Below, one piece after another: positions 1 through 12,702 of a stretch of DNA of 64,000 nt. Under the pieces are notes generated by a model. The model was not told the DNA's origin. It made no database searches and saw only the letters and a list, made by a program, of their open reading frames with translations. A program made the translations under genes and the position numbers. This stretch comes from Lophium mytilinum (lineage: Eukaryota): assembly GCA_010093605.1 (NCBI GenBank), contig MU004181.1:1116001-1180000 (forward strand), in the 5' to 3' direction. Positions within the stretch are counted from its first letter, which is position 1; each line of letters starts with the position of its first letter.

Positions 1-2795
1 ACGGGAGGTCCACCTCCTTGCTATTGGAGGCGTACAGAAATGCCTCGATCGATGGAGATCCAGCAGCAAATAGCTCTTGCGGGAGATCTCCAAGCCCTGT
101 TTCAAGCCTTGTCTGGAGATGGATGCACAAGGTCCCTGGCCGTGGACAGCCACCCGTCTAAATTGACAATTAACGGGAACAAGCCACAGGTTCGCACAAC
201 GCGGGCCCGAGAATCAAGTACTGGGTCGGCCCAAGGCTTGACGGCGGATTGCGAAAGAGCTCAGGGGGCGAATCGAGCAGTGTGAGAGGCTGTTGACCAG
301 TGCCGGCTTCCTGTCAGCTCCGCAGGGCGTTATAGGTGTGGCTGGGTAAGCCAATAGACGGCCTGAATTGGGTAGTTCTCAATAGAAGAAGGATCCGGAG
401 GAGCCGCCAGGCTGATGCCGCGGCTTGCGTGGTAGTAAACGCCATATAGACGGGCATACAGGCAGAGAATCTACAGAGCTCGATACGGCAGGTCTACGAA
501 GGCATTTGGATGTGGCGATTGGCATTATGCACCTCCTGCCAGCCGACTTGCCGACCTGCCAAAAGGAAGCATGCGGTGCCTGGACGATCGACTGGCGTCC
601 TCTCCCCACAGCCGGACAGATCGGACAGCTCGACACGGCTATCTCGGCCACTTGCGGAGACTCTTCCTGTACGACGCCGCGTGCCTCTACAGCGTGTTGC
701 ACAGTCGAGGACACAGTGGCAAGGCGAGAAATGATGGCGGCGGCGGTTTGAAGATGGAGATTTGGGTTAGATGTGTGGCACACCTGAATGCCAATCAGGA
801 GAACCGCGACGAGGAGCAGGGCTCGAGCAGTCTGGCAGCACGCAGCGATGGACCCACCGTCACGAGGCATGCCAGATCGCTATGACCTGCATGCTCTAGC
901 CCTTGACAGCTGCGGGGAGCACTGGTTGCGTCTCGAGTAGGCTTGGAGGAAAAGAAAGCGCACGAGAGGCAACGGCGGCCTCTGGTCACCGCAGCGGAGC
1001 TACAGCAGGAGCCGTGGCTGGAGGCGTCGCACAGGGGAACACGGTGCGGTGACGTGCGGGTGGAGAATGAAATGACGGTCCCAATCTGAGGTGGATTGCG
1101 AGCCGTATGAGGTGGATTGAGGCCCATATTCAACCAGCTGCTCGGCCCACGGCACCCACACGAGCATCATCGCGACAAACACCGCAGGCGAAGGGCCGAT
1201 AGCATCACGAGTTCACGACACCAGTGTGCCAGTGAGGCCCGGGAGTGCCCTATCTCCACCCGGTGCCCGTGTTTGTTTACAGTGGACTGTCTTCACGACC
1301 GTTTGGTTATTTTAAGGCACAGGGTTTGGCAGAGGGAGGGATGTCGAGGTGAAACGGCGCGCCAGGGCCAGCTGGTGTCTCCACGAAAGGGCCTTGGCCT
1401 TCATGGAGCGTCTGGGGCCCATATCTTGCCCAGGCTTTTGGTGCTGTTCCCCCTGCATGACGCGCCGCTGCTTGGGCCGAGCGCTGAGGACTGCCGCACT
1501 TCGCGCCCAATGACATGCCGGCGACGAGGGGACAATCTGCCAGCGGAAATCAGGGTCGTGGATTGCTCTCCCCTTGTGCTGCCGCGATCTGCCAGCCGTC
1601 GTTGCTGGTCGTTGCTGTCGGCGAGGATGGAGGACGCGGCGAGATTGCTCGATACTGAGCTATGGAGCCCCCGGCTTCCTCTCCTCGTCCTTCACTTCGC
1701 CGGCCCGCTTTGGGATGAACTCGTGGCTGCCGCGTCGCCTTTTCGGGCTCTCTGGCGCACCGCTGGGCCCATTCCAGCTTAGATGCGGCCGTGCCGAGTG
1801 CGCCGACCTGTTTGCAACCGTGAGATGGAGCCCGCTGATTCGTCGACGCCCTGGAGGTGTGCCTGCAGCCTGTCACGCTGAGCCGATTCCGCCATCAGCC
1901 ATCGTTCCAGAGGTTGCGTGCCGTGTCGTCTTAATCGTGATGAGCAGCACTGCGAGCTCCGTCGGCAACGACACCGCGGGACGAGCGAGCTGTCGTTGCA
2001 ATTGTGCCGGAGCAGCGCACGCCGAAGCAATGCTCACAGTGCTCAGCGTTGTCGGGCCGGGGAAATGAAGATGCAGCGCGCCGTTGAGAGTCGAAATTTG
2101 TCTTGCACAGGCACCCAGCCTGTCCCGAGCAGCGCGGGCCTTCTCCTCTTTTGATAGCCATGCCGCACCTGGGCAGGCTAGCTCCTTCCGCCGCCTGGCC
2201 GGCCTGCTCCTGCCCACCTGTCGAGATAAACGAAGCCTAGGGTTCTCCAGCCAATGCGCCGAATCCCAACTCGACAACACCATCGCTTCTCTCTCACCAC
2301 CCCAAGAAGCCTTCCTCTTCACCCTCACCCCCCCTCCGCACCCCCTCCAGGCCAGCACCGCACTCCCGTGCGCCTGCGCCGTTCCGCTCCTTAAGCACCG
2401 TCATTCCTTAATACCCCATCCTAGGAGCCTGTCGTCCCAACCTGTTGCCGTCGCCGTCTCCCTACTGTGAGAGCCTCGCCGTGCCGCGTCCTCGCGCAAC
2501 CGCCTGCCGCCGCAGACTTACTGACTGTCTGCTCTCCAGCTAATACCATTGTGCTCTATCTCCTTGAAGCGTTGCTTCGTCGCGTCTAGGCCCATCTTCG
2601 TACATGTGCCACGACTGCACGCCAGCCACCGTTCCCCATCTCACGGTACCTGGATCGTAACCTCCAACTTCACCGCTCGAATTTCACCATCTGCGCACAA
2701 CGAGTCGCTGCTACGGGCTTGGCAGCACTCTCTTAATCTCATAGCACTCTGTCTGCGAGACGAAAAGGCTGCCGTCGACTGCTCTCTCTGCCACC

Positions 2796-5615
2796 ATGGC
2801 TCAGATTGCCCTGCCACGACAGCACGTTACTCAGCCGTCCGAAACTCACACCATGGGCTCACCGCTCTACCAGCGGCGAGGTGCCTCTGCTTCGGGCCCC
2901 ATTGAGCTCATCGCCAATCCTGATTTCGTTTTCCCGCAACGTTCGCCCGCAGACACTACCGACTCGACCCCTTCGTCCAGACGGCCAATGTCGCTCCAGG
3001 CTATGCCTACCGGACGGCGAGGATCGGCTGGAGGGCTACGCCAGAAGTCTGTCAGTGCCTTGCCGCTGCCAGACTTCAGCTTCAATCCTTCTGCCGCGGA
3101 CCAGCTCGTAGCGACGGCCCCCATCACACCTCCAATCTCGCCCATTGCCACAACACCCACGACCCCCTCTAGGAATATAGGACATCGGCGACGTGGAAGC
3201 GAGTTCATTGGTGGTGACGCGAGGCCTGGAGGCATGAGCATTCTGAGTTCAAGCCCTACCAAGGCTGAACCCGTGCTGCCTCCTCCAGCTGCCCTCCGCC
3301 CTGGCCCTCCCGCTGGCCGCCGTGGTCACGCCCACCGTCGGTCTGGTGCCATCTCGTCTCACGACCTGTCGTCCATTCTCCAGCCGACTGATGCCAACGC
3401 CACGACACGAGCTGGAAGTGCTCCTGTAACGCCAATGGAGGATGAGATCAAGCCGTTCTTCGGTCACTCCGTAAACAAGTCGATCTCACAACCGTCCTTG
3501 CATTCTTCAGCAATGGAGGACGACGCTTTGTTTCAAGATGGCTCTGATGGTCCCGATTCATCTCCACGACGGCCGCCATCGAGAGCACGAGTAGGATTTT
3601 CTGACCGCGTTGAGTACATTCGGCCACTGTCAACGATTTCTTCCGAGACGGAGAGTTCGCTATCAACTATTCGTGGCCATTCAGTCTCAAACAGCCTTTC
3701 ATCCGTTATCAGCAATGGAGCAGCTAGCCCACCTACTGCTCGTATGGCCCGCCCTTCTCTGAACACCACATTTGAGGATGACGCCCGACCGAGCACAGCC
3801 GGTGCCGTGCTTGACAACAAGCTCAGGAACAACGCCTTCGGCGGAGACCTGTTCAGTCGCAAGCGCCCAATGTCGGCAGTTGTGCCGAGCTCGCCTGGGT
3901 CTGCTGGAAGCCCCATGAGCACACCACGAATCCCAGCCAAGCGACGAGGCTTCTTCCGCTTAGACCATGGCCGTCGTAGCGAGTCCTCACTGCATCTGGA
4001 GAGCATGAATCCTGCGAGTGCTTCCGACGCTTCTCTTTCTGCAGATACGCTGGAATCTCCCCCAGCCTCCCCGGACCGAGTTGTAGACCAAGCTGAAGAA
4101 GCGCAGCCTTCCGAAAAACCGAAATGCTCTCCCCGGAAAACTCAACGAAAACCGCGCAAGGTAAAGTCTTGGGCTAATGCTATCATTTCTCGAAAGGCCC
4201 GCCATGGACACAAGGTCAAGAACAGGGCTCCGACACCCCCGCCGGAACCTTCCGCGCCTGTGGACGATGAATATGAAGACCTGGACTTCGGTGCCAATTT
4301 CGACGTTGATAATACTGTCACCATTGTCTCTCCTCCACCCGAGTCAGCTGAGCGACCCAGGTTGGAGACCGATTTCGCCTCGTGGAAACCCAAGGAGTTC
4401 AAACGACAAAACTCAGATGCCTTGAGCCCGGTGATCGACCTGGATGCTGCTCTAGGACCCTTCAACACACCTATAGGTCCCAACGGACGCGGCAACGGTC
4501 GTGGGTTCTCGGGTGCTAGACGGACGATGCACAGTGCGGGAGGGGTTTTGCAAAATCATCGTCGAACTGAGAGTGCCCCTGAACTCGTTCCGTTTGAGTT
4601 CAGAGCTACCGCCATCGCTACAACTTCGCCAATGGCAGACGTCTTCGAAGAAGAGGAGGAAGAGGATGATGCCGAGATGACCGAAGTGCGAACGCCGTCT
4701 ATTGATATCGTCACAGAAGAAGTCGAGGACGAATCGGAGGAGCCCAGTATTGGTATTCAGGTCGTTGACACAGACGACGTCAGCAGCGGCTCCGCCATCA
4801 ACTGGAACTTTAATGACGGACTCCGTATCAAACACAATGACAAGGCTTGCCCCCAGGCATCTGTAGAGGATGTTGCTCCCCATGAAGTTTCCTACTCACG
4901 GGAGGAGACTCCTGTCCCATTCGAGCGTCAGGACTCTATAGCGATTGGAGCGGATCCTGTGGAGGTTGTCGAGGATTACGAAGAGCCCCGAACGTCGTCG
5001 TTGACTCGTTCTTCCGACTCCACTATCACTCCCACGATGTCTGAAGACGAGGCCAAGCAGACTCGACAACTCCATCTACCACTCCCTCTTACGCACCAGA
5101 ATCTCATGACTCCGGACACTTTCACGAACTCTACCTACTCCTCACCAGATTTCAGGTCCAGCCAAACCTCATTCGACACGCAACGCCTTGGTACTGCCTC
5201 GTCTTCTATCACCGACTATAGGACAATGAATCCAGCACACTTCGGCGAGCCTGGCCCAGAACTTCGGGTTTCGGTCGATGACGTCCCTTCTCTGACAAGC
5301 AGCAGGTCGACAATGACGAGTGCGCTTCATAACACATTCCCACTGATGAGCCCTCGGAACCCTAGCGAACGTACGGGTTCCATGAGCTCAATCCCCAGCG
5401 ACGTGTCTGAGCGACGTAGGAAGCGTTCTAGCATTGCCAGTCTATCCAGACTCATTCAAGGTTCTTCCTTTGGTGAGAAGAGCAAGCTGTCAATTGAGCA
5501 TAGACCACAATCCGCGCACATGGAAACTACAACCAAGGATCCTAAAGTCAAGAAGCACAAGCGATTGAGCAAGATGATGCAGTTCTGGAAGCCCAAGGAA
5601 TCCTCCCATAACTGA
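2796..5615 (+). CDS. Pro/Ser-rich disordered protein of the fungal 'cell wall proline-rich protein' family
   Basis: Single 939-aa ORF with blocks typical of this Pezizomycotina family (GHRRRGSEFIGGD, RRGHAHRRSGAISSHD, ARVGFSDRVEYIRPLSTISSET, VIDLDAALGPF, HRRTESAP). The start could instead be Met at 2853. Confidence 0.8.
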   Translation: MAQIALPRQHVTQPSETHTMGSPLYQRRGASASGPIELIANPDFVFPQRSPADTTDSTPSSRRPMSLQAMPTGRRGSAGGLRQKSVSALPLPDFSFNPSAADQLVATAPITPPISPIATTPTTPSRNIGHRRRGSEFIGGDARPGGMSILSSSPTKAEPVLPPPAALRPGPPAGRRGHAHRRSGAISSHDLSSILQPTDANATTRAGSAPVTPMEDEIKPFFGHSVNKSISQPSLHSSAMEDDALFQDGSDGPDSSPRRPPSRARVGFSDRVEYIRPLSTISSETESSLSTIRGHSVSNSLSSVISNGAASPPTARMARPSLNTTFEDDARPSTAGAVLDNKLRNNAFGGDLFSRKRPMSAVVPSSPGSAGSPMSTPRIPAKRRGFFRLDHGRRSESSLHLESMNPASASDASLSADTLESPPASPDRVVDQAEEAQPSEKPKCSPRKTQRKPRKVKSWANAIISRKARHGHKVKNRAPTPPPEPSAPVDDEYEDLDFGANFDVDNTVTIVSPPPESAERPRLETDFASWKPKEFKRQNSDALSPVIDLDAALGPFNTPIGPNGRGNGRGFSGARRTMHSAGGVLQNHRRTESAPELVPFEFRATAIATTSPMADVFEEEEEEDDAEMTEVRTPSIDIVTEEVEDESEEPSIGIQVVDTDDVSSGSAINWNFNDGLRIKHNDKACPQASVEDVAPHEVSYSREETPVPFERQDSIAIGADPVEVVEDYEEPRTSSLTRSSDSTITPTMSEDEAKQTRQLHLPLPLTHQNLMTPDTFTNSTYSSPDFRSSQTSFDTQRLGTASSSITDYRTMNPAHFGEPGPELRVSVDDVPSLTSSRSTMTSALHNTFPLMSPRNPSERTGSMSSIPSDVSERRRKRSSIASLSRLIQGSSFGEKSKLSIEHRPQSAHMETTTKDPKVKKHKRLSKMMQFWKPKESSHN

Positions 5616-6673
5616 AGCGCACCCTCAACATCCTCGTAAATCTCTACATACAATAACCCCCACCTCACCCCTCCTCTCACTCACTTTAATAACCGGACGG
5701 CGAGGTCGGCGTCACCACCGGCCTATGTTGATGGCACGACATGATGGACATTTCCTTTAAACAACAACCTTCCTCGCAGTAGCGAGGCTATGAACTTTTG
5801 CAATGGCGCAGGGCTTTCCAAATCACTCTTTTTGACTCTCTTTGCAACACGGCGTACATGCATCAGTGTACGAACACATATTCTCCGACTAGGGGACCAA
5901 TTTCCTTTTTTCTGTTTCTGCATCTACCGACCCGCCTCTGCGACTTTCATTAGCTCGCGAGCGGACCACCGATCTGGCGGACGTTTTGGTTTTGAAGGAT
6001 CTACCTAAACGCCAGCGAAGAAACGTTTCTGGTCGTTGGGCCCACTACCAAAACAGGGCGAAAATGTTGGGCTCTTTTTCTTCACAGACGAGGGATGCTA
6101 TGTGGTGGTAGACAGTTTTTCTCTTCTTTTCTCTCTCTTTTCCTCATTTTGAAGGCTGGAGGGTCCTTATACCAATGGCTCCCTCTCTCTTCACGGCTTT
6201 TGGTTCTGGCATATTGATGTCGAGAATGGGCGAGATATCGCCTGTGCGACTTCGACAGGGATTGGGATGGATGGATGGAATCAGGCGGAATGCCTATGGA
6301 CTCGGGATTGCGGAATTATGGACGGATACGGCAAATGCAAAATTGTCCTTCTGACTCTATGATGTGTCTATGGTGTATGATTGAGTGATGGTGCGTAGCC
6401 ATGTGTTGTTGGTGCCAATCTCAGGCACAAACAAGGCGTGAATCCTTCTTCTGATTTGTGGACCATAAACCCACTGAACTTTCAAACCCAACTCGCGCTA
6501 CTCATTTCCGTCCAGTAATCCGAAGTGATGCAGCAATTGATGCGGTTGGCTCACATGGCTGATGTCACGTGTTTAGAAGTGCACGTGACTTTGGCACTAC
6601 TAGCATCAAGCTCCACCTCAAGGCCGAGTCGCGTATTCCAGTCCTTGAGCTCAACACCACATCCCCACATACT

Positions 6674-8632
6674 ATGACTGACGCCGAAGACAAAGAAAAG
6701 GCCGAAAAGGTCGCCGCGGCCAAGAAACGGGTACGTGCAGTTCCAGCGTTTCGCCTCAATGTTATGTTCAGGAAACCTCCCCACCCCGATAGTCTGTCCT
6801 CTTGTGTAGCTCCAAAATGGATTCACCCCACCAACCCCTACATCCGCAACTCTGCGAATGACACTAAGCCTTTGATATAATGCTAATTTCGATTCCCTCT
6901 GTAGTACGAGCAATTAAAGAAGCAGAAAGCCAAAAAGGGTGGCGCAAAGAAAAAGGACGACAAGCCTGAGAGTGAGAACGCCGCTGCTTCTGCTTCCACC
7001 GAGAAGGCGGACGATGCAGCCGATGGTGGTGAAACTGCTGAACCAATCGAAGACGCGGACGACACGGATGCTACGAAATCTACGCACGCGCCGAAGCCGT
7101 CCATTACCCTCGAGTCGCGACTCCGATCTAATTCCTTTCGTCGCAATACCTTGACTTCGCCGACATTGCCCCCTTTGAGTCCGGGAGATGGGGCAGGCGC
7201 GGCGGGAGACGTGTTTCGGAAGCAGGCCTTGAGGATTGAGGAGCTGGAGAAGGAGAACAAGCGGTTGCAGTCCGAGGCTGGAGATGCGGAGGGGCGGTGG
7301 AAGAAGACGGAGGAAGAGCTGGAAGAGCTGCGGGAGGCGAGTGGGGAGGTTGCTGAGTTGAAGAATAAGGCAGATCGGGTGGGCGTGATGGGTGATGAGT
7401 TAGAGAAGCTGGTATGTATTCACAGCAGAGCTCCATTTGGATCTAGAGATATGAACAACTGCTGATCTGATATCCATCCACAGAAAACCGAACTCGCATC
7501 CCTCCAACGCCAAAATGCCCATCTCCAAACCCAAACCACCAAGCATGCTCGCCGCATCTCGACATCCTCACCCTCGTACACTGACACAACCGACCTAGCC
7601 GCTCAGCTCGCCTCCAAAGCCGCAACCATCGAATCCCTCGAGCTCGAAATCTCCAACCTACACGCTCAGGCCACGGCCGCCCAATCCACAACCTCATCCC
7701 ACCTCACGCAAATCTCGACGCTCGAAACCGCCCTCGCCAAAGCCGAAAGCGCCGCGGCCTCATCAGCACAAGAACTCGCCGACCTGAAGCAAAACCTCGA
7801 GCACGCCGCCGAACGCGCCGCCGCCGAAGGCTCCTCCCGCAGCAGCGCGGAAACCCGCATCGCGCAACTCGACGCGTCCCTCGCAACAGCCACCCGCCAC
7901 GCCTCGACGGCCGCTGAGCGCGCCGAGCTGCTGGAGAAGAAGGTCGAGACGCTGACAACGCTGCACCGCGAGTCGGACAACCGGTCGCAGGCGCGGGCGC
8001 GCGACCAGCAGCGCACCGAGCGCGAGCTGGCCGAGTTCCGCACGCGGCTCACGGGGCTGAGCAACGAGAACGCGCGGCTGCGCGAGGCAGAGCAGCGGCG
8101 GCGCAAGGCCGAGGTCAGCGGGGTGGATGATGGCGGCGTGCAGGAGCTGGTGGATGAGGAGCGCGAGCGCATGGCGGCGAAGGTCCGCGAGCTCGAGGAG
8201 GAGGTGTTTGAGCTCAGGCGCGGCGTTTGGCGCGATCGTAGGCGTGAGATGCAGCCCGCGCTGGATCCGGATGCGGGATTCCAGGAGGTGGACCTGTCGG
8301 GGGATCAGTCGCCGCAGCAGCGGGCGAGGGGGAGGGGCGGCAGTAGCTTCCAGGACGTGATTAGTAGTGGGATTAGTGCGTTTACGGGGCAGGCTGCTAG
8401 GCGGGGGTCGTCGGCCAAGGGAGTGCAGCCTAGGAAGCAGAGTCTGGGGCTGCTGAGTGAAGATGATGATTTCGAGTTCGATGAGGAGGCGTTCCGGAAG
8501 GCGCAGGAGGAGGAAGGGCGGAAGAGGATCGAGAGGGTCAGGGAGGTGAAGAGGGGACTGAAGGCGTTTGAGGGGTGGAGGGTGGATGTTGTGGATGTGA
8601 GGGCAGGGGCTGGGGGTGTGTTTGAGGTGTAG
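6674..8632 (+). CDS. Coiled-coil 'M protein repeat' family protein (3 exons: 6674-6730, 6905-7411, 7484-8632)
   Basis: Introns GTACGT..GTAG (6731-6904) and GTATGT..CAG (7412-7483) join the frames: MTDAEDKEKAEKVAAAKKR/YEQLKKQK...FRKQALRIEELEKENKRL.../KTELASLQRQN...ELRRGVWRDRRREMQP...GWRVDVVDVRAGAGGVFEV*. Confidence 0.85.
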
Positions 8633-9539
8633 GTTGGGTATGGAGAACATAGATAGGGAGTACAGGGGCGGCGTTCAAGTACTGGTGGCTAGGTATTGTT
8701 AGACACAATTTTCGCTTTTGTCCTAAAGAAAATCTTGGCGGGCAAAGAGTGTCGAGTACAGAACGTTTAAAAAAATTCTTGAACGTGTCAAGAATCTGGA
8801 ATCCACTGAGACCAAGCATGAGGTCCAATCTGGGGGCTGTGGGCGAAAGGCATGCGATTTGGAGCGAAAGTTAGGACTGATTGCTCGCTAGGTCTCAAAT
8901 CAAGCCTCATTTTCATCGTGGCTAGGGCTTGAGATAGGATGCTGAGGTGCTTCGATCTAGTGAAGGTATGAGAAATTCACAAGCTCTGAGCTTCGAGTTT
9001 GCGACTAAAGGCTTGATGCGTACAACGCTCAGCTATAAATTTTAGCTTTCCTCGCAACTTCTTGTAGTACGTACTCTGACAGGCTTTAGAAACTCCGAGT
9101 ACGATGCAAAGGCAGACGCGTTGAATATTAGACTGCATTTTGGGTTACTGGAGGCATGCTACCTAGGGCACTCCTTACAGCGATACCAAGAGAGCAAAAG
9201 TGAAGCCAAAGCAGTCGTATATGTATATGCTCAAACCTACAACCTACACACAATAAGCCATAGATCACCCTAGCGTACACTAAGTCACTATTGATTATAG
9301 CTGCTGTAAGGAAAAGTGAATTGTATTCGAAAGACCTTATCTACTTGAGTGGAAAAGGCCTTGACACTTGAAAAACTGGTAGACCTATATCAAGCCAACC
9401 AATATAATTCTCTTATAGAGAATTTGAAGCAGATGGGTAGTGCTGAAGACCGTTACTATTCCCGTCTGTCAAGACCGAACAGCCGCCTCTCCGTCCCAAG
9501 GCCTCCCCTCAGGACCACTTCCTACCCTTCCACCCTCAC

Positions 9540-10362
9540 CTAGGCCACAAACTCCCGGGCCTCGCGAGTATCCATCGAAGCGCCAGGAGGGACTGGAGCG
9601 CCGGGGCCAAGCGGGATTGGCGCCAAGTCTTCGAGCGACCTCGGCGGCTTGTTTTTCTTCTTATCCTTTGAATCGTCGCCCTTCTTTTTCCCCTTCGAGT
9701 CGTCGCCCTTCCCCTTCCCCTTCTTCACGTCGCCCTTCAGCTTTGCGTTGTAACCATTCTTAATGTCGACATCCGGGTCAGGGCTGCAACTAAAAAACAG
9801 CGAGGCCCAGGCCGGATCACTCTTTTGCAACGTCTGGCCCCAGGGCTTCCCGCCCGGCAACGACTGTTTCGGAGGCGTCCTGACCGTGTAATTGTCGATG
9901 CGGTCGACTGAATCTTTGTTCTCACCGGTGTAGACCTTGCATTCCCAGCCCGTATAGGTTGTAACTAGACAAGAGGGAAGGCGGAGTCAGTCTAGCTGCC
10001 AGATGTATTGACTAGTGAGGGATGGGGAAGAGAAACTTACTGGAGCACATGGATGCGGGGTCCAGATCATAGACTGCGTAGCTTTTATATCCGTCTACAG
10101 AAAATTTAGAAATGGAATGATGAGGTTTTGGTTAGGCCGTAAGTTGAGGCACGCGGGAACGTGTCCAGAACTTTTGATCGGACAGTGGAGTAAGCGTACC
10201 CAGTTCATTGATGCAGCCCGAGCCAGTGTATCCCAGCCAGTGTACCCCTTTAGGTCCCTTAGAATTAGCGTCTCTCCAGATTGCCAGCTTGGTAGCAGAG
10301 ACGGTAGAAATCATAGAGGCGGCGGCGAGGCAAGCCACGGCGAGGGCAGTGAAGGAGACCAT
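9540..10362 (-). CDS. Small secreted protein, 213 aa, effector-like (exons 10362-10200, 10094-10041, 9964-9540)
   Basis: Signal-peptide-like N-terminus MVSFTALAVACLAAASMISTVSA. Canonical introns GTACGC..CTGTAG and GTAAGT..CTAG give one open 642-nt frame. Four Cys in the mature part and a K/G/D-rich repeat near the C-terminus. Confidence 0.75.
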
Positions 10363-11894
10363 TTTGCTTGAGGCTTAGGTGGTCGAAGTAAAGTTAGAGT
10401 AGAGTTGTAAGTATTTCGAGGAGAGTTGCAAGTAGTCGGAGTGTCGTTGCAAGTAGTTTGAGTAGCGTTGCGAGTTGTTTGAAGAGGGAGAACTAGCAAG
10501 GAAAGGCACTCATCTTATAGTTTTTCGAAAATCAGATGTATGGTACTCACAACGTGTTATGATTAATTCATCTCTCTACCATGGCTCCTTCCACTGCAGG
10601 TGATGTATGAGTATCAGTGATTATATCGTGTATGCAACCATGGTACTAAATACTTACAAACCTTGGCACTCTGGTGGACTAAGAAAACAGTGGCTGAGGA
10701 ACACCACATTGAATTATTCATGCAGATTCGTACTTGAAGATCTTAGCGAGACAACGTGGGTCTTCTTGCGCAAACATCAAGTTGTCAGTTCCTCTGCTGA
10801 TAAAGAGCGGCAGTAAGAGTACAATATGCCCCACAGAATATTGCTAGAGACAACCGTACTCACGACGAGGGTTGCAATCATGGAGGGAAAAAAAAAGTGA
10901 TGGGGCCTCAGTAACGACTATGATAGGCGCAGTGCCGTTCCGTTGATGAAGCTCGCACTTTGTATCATGTGGATGAGATCTATGAGAGGGCAGTACTTAG
11001 CCATAGGTTTGGGCACACGGATATATTATTACTAGGACTCCGCTCTTGCTCGCTCGTCACCACTGTGAGGAGTAGCCCAACTCGCAGGTAGTCAGCGATA
11101 TAGAAGGTTACCTAATTTCCACTGCATCGAACTTTACATCGTGTTTAGAGTCTCAACATTCTGTAGAGGCCCACAACAGTAGCAGTAGTAGTGACGAAAC
11201 GTGTGTCTAGTATCATGAAGAGTAGGCTTAAGAGCGATCAGCTTATAACAAGCCGGACTAGGGCTAGAAGTAGGAATAGACTATGCTTCCTTTCTCTGCG
11301 GTAAAGTACCAAGACATTAATATAGACACCCTTTGCAACTGCTTGGGGTACTTTATGAAGCTTTTGGATTCTTCAATACCACGTCAAGTTCAATGCAGTG
11401 AAGACTAGATTGTCATTTGACTAAGTCAGTGCCCGCTAGAGCAGCAAAGTGTAGCGTATGTTCATTAGGTCTGGCGCCGAACCACGCAGTTGATGAGGGT
11501 TGTTCCATGGCCTTTGATTTTTGAGCATCGAGATTTGTGATTGGCGTTTACCGCTTGTTTAGACTTTTAGAAGTCATGATTGGTGGATTATTCACGCCCT
11601 CTCAACGTGAAGATTAACCTAATGATTCCCATACCTGAACCGCGGGAGCTAATCCGGCCCGGGGTTCAACTTGTATCTGTGCAAAGTGCCGATTGAACTG
11701 ATTTAGGGAGTCTAGATGCTTGCAGCTGACTGTTCATCTCCATGAAGAAGAAGTTGCGATTGCGATGAAAACGTAACACCAGAAAATTAGATCGGATTGC
11801 ATCGTTGCTTGCCATAGACAGCCAGGATACGAGGTAACATGGCGCGAATTACCCACCACCACGGCCGTCCCCATCAATTTCGGAAACAATAATC

Positions 11895-12702
11895 TCAACG
11901 GGGCCTGGGACCTATAGTCTGAGCCTGCAACGTACACATGCGGCCAGAGTGCATTTGTTGAGGAAAATTTTCGCGTTCGCGAGACAGATGAGCTTGACGC
12001 GAATAGGAAAGTGGATGCAGGCGGTGGTGGCAAATGGTATACCTCGGAGTCCTTAAGTCTACAGAGATGTCTGAGTCGTAAGTAAGCTCTAATCCAGGGC
12101 GCATACTCGGCAGATTGATTAATGCGGCGTTCAGGTCGTGAGGGAGCAATGTGATGAGGTTCACAGCACGGCCAAGACGCTAGGTCGAGTAGAGTAATCC
12201 TGCCGAGCTCGGATTACTGTATTTCGACTACATGCCTTGTGTACAGCCACAACCTTTGCTAGATATCGTGAGACTACATGTCGGTGGACGTGTAACCGAG
12301 TGCACTACCTGCGGAATCTTCAAGGAAGCTGACGATAGCCTTGGAGTCTTGAAGGATCTACTGGGTACGAAGTGGGGTATTTCAGAGCTATTCATAGCAG
12401 CTACGAGTTTGGCGCGGGCGAGTGCCTTTCTTGAGGTGGCTGACATGTCAAAGGCATACTAGCGCCAGTGTTTCAAAGAGGTCGGGACTGTCCTGCTACT
12501 TAAGGTTCATGGATGCAAGCCCGGAGGTCGGGAGGCCTTGCATCGAGAGATTAGCTGCGGGACTACTGCGGTCCGCTGCCACCCGGAATAAGTACCCAGG
12601 CACGCCAGGAGGTGGGATGCTAGAACTCAAACGATTGTTCAGGCAGTGCTGGCCTGCATGGGAGGATTGATAGGATCTGGAAGGCGAAGCGAAATATAGC
12701 AA
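11895..12702 (-). pseudogene. Possible decayed coding relic, identity unknown
   Basis: Protein-like segments (LKHWR*YAFDMSATSRKALARAKLVAAM; *ILQDSKAIVSFLEDSAG; GLLYST*RLGRAVNLITLLPHDLNAALINLP) broken by TAG stops and frame changes. No family recognised. Confidence 0.2.

Noticed and set aside
1..2795. Many overlapping 100-220-aa ORFs on both strands (e.g. 1117-1782)
   Set aside because: Arg/Ala/Ser/Cys-rich translations with no domain or splice logic, as expected in GC-rich non-coding DNA; treated as the upstream region of the gene at 2796.
7763..8650. 295-aa minus-strand ORF
   Set aside because: Antisense shadow of the GC-rich third exon of the M-protein-repeat gene.
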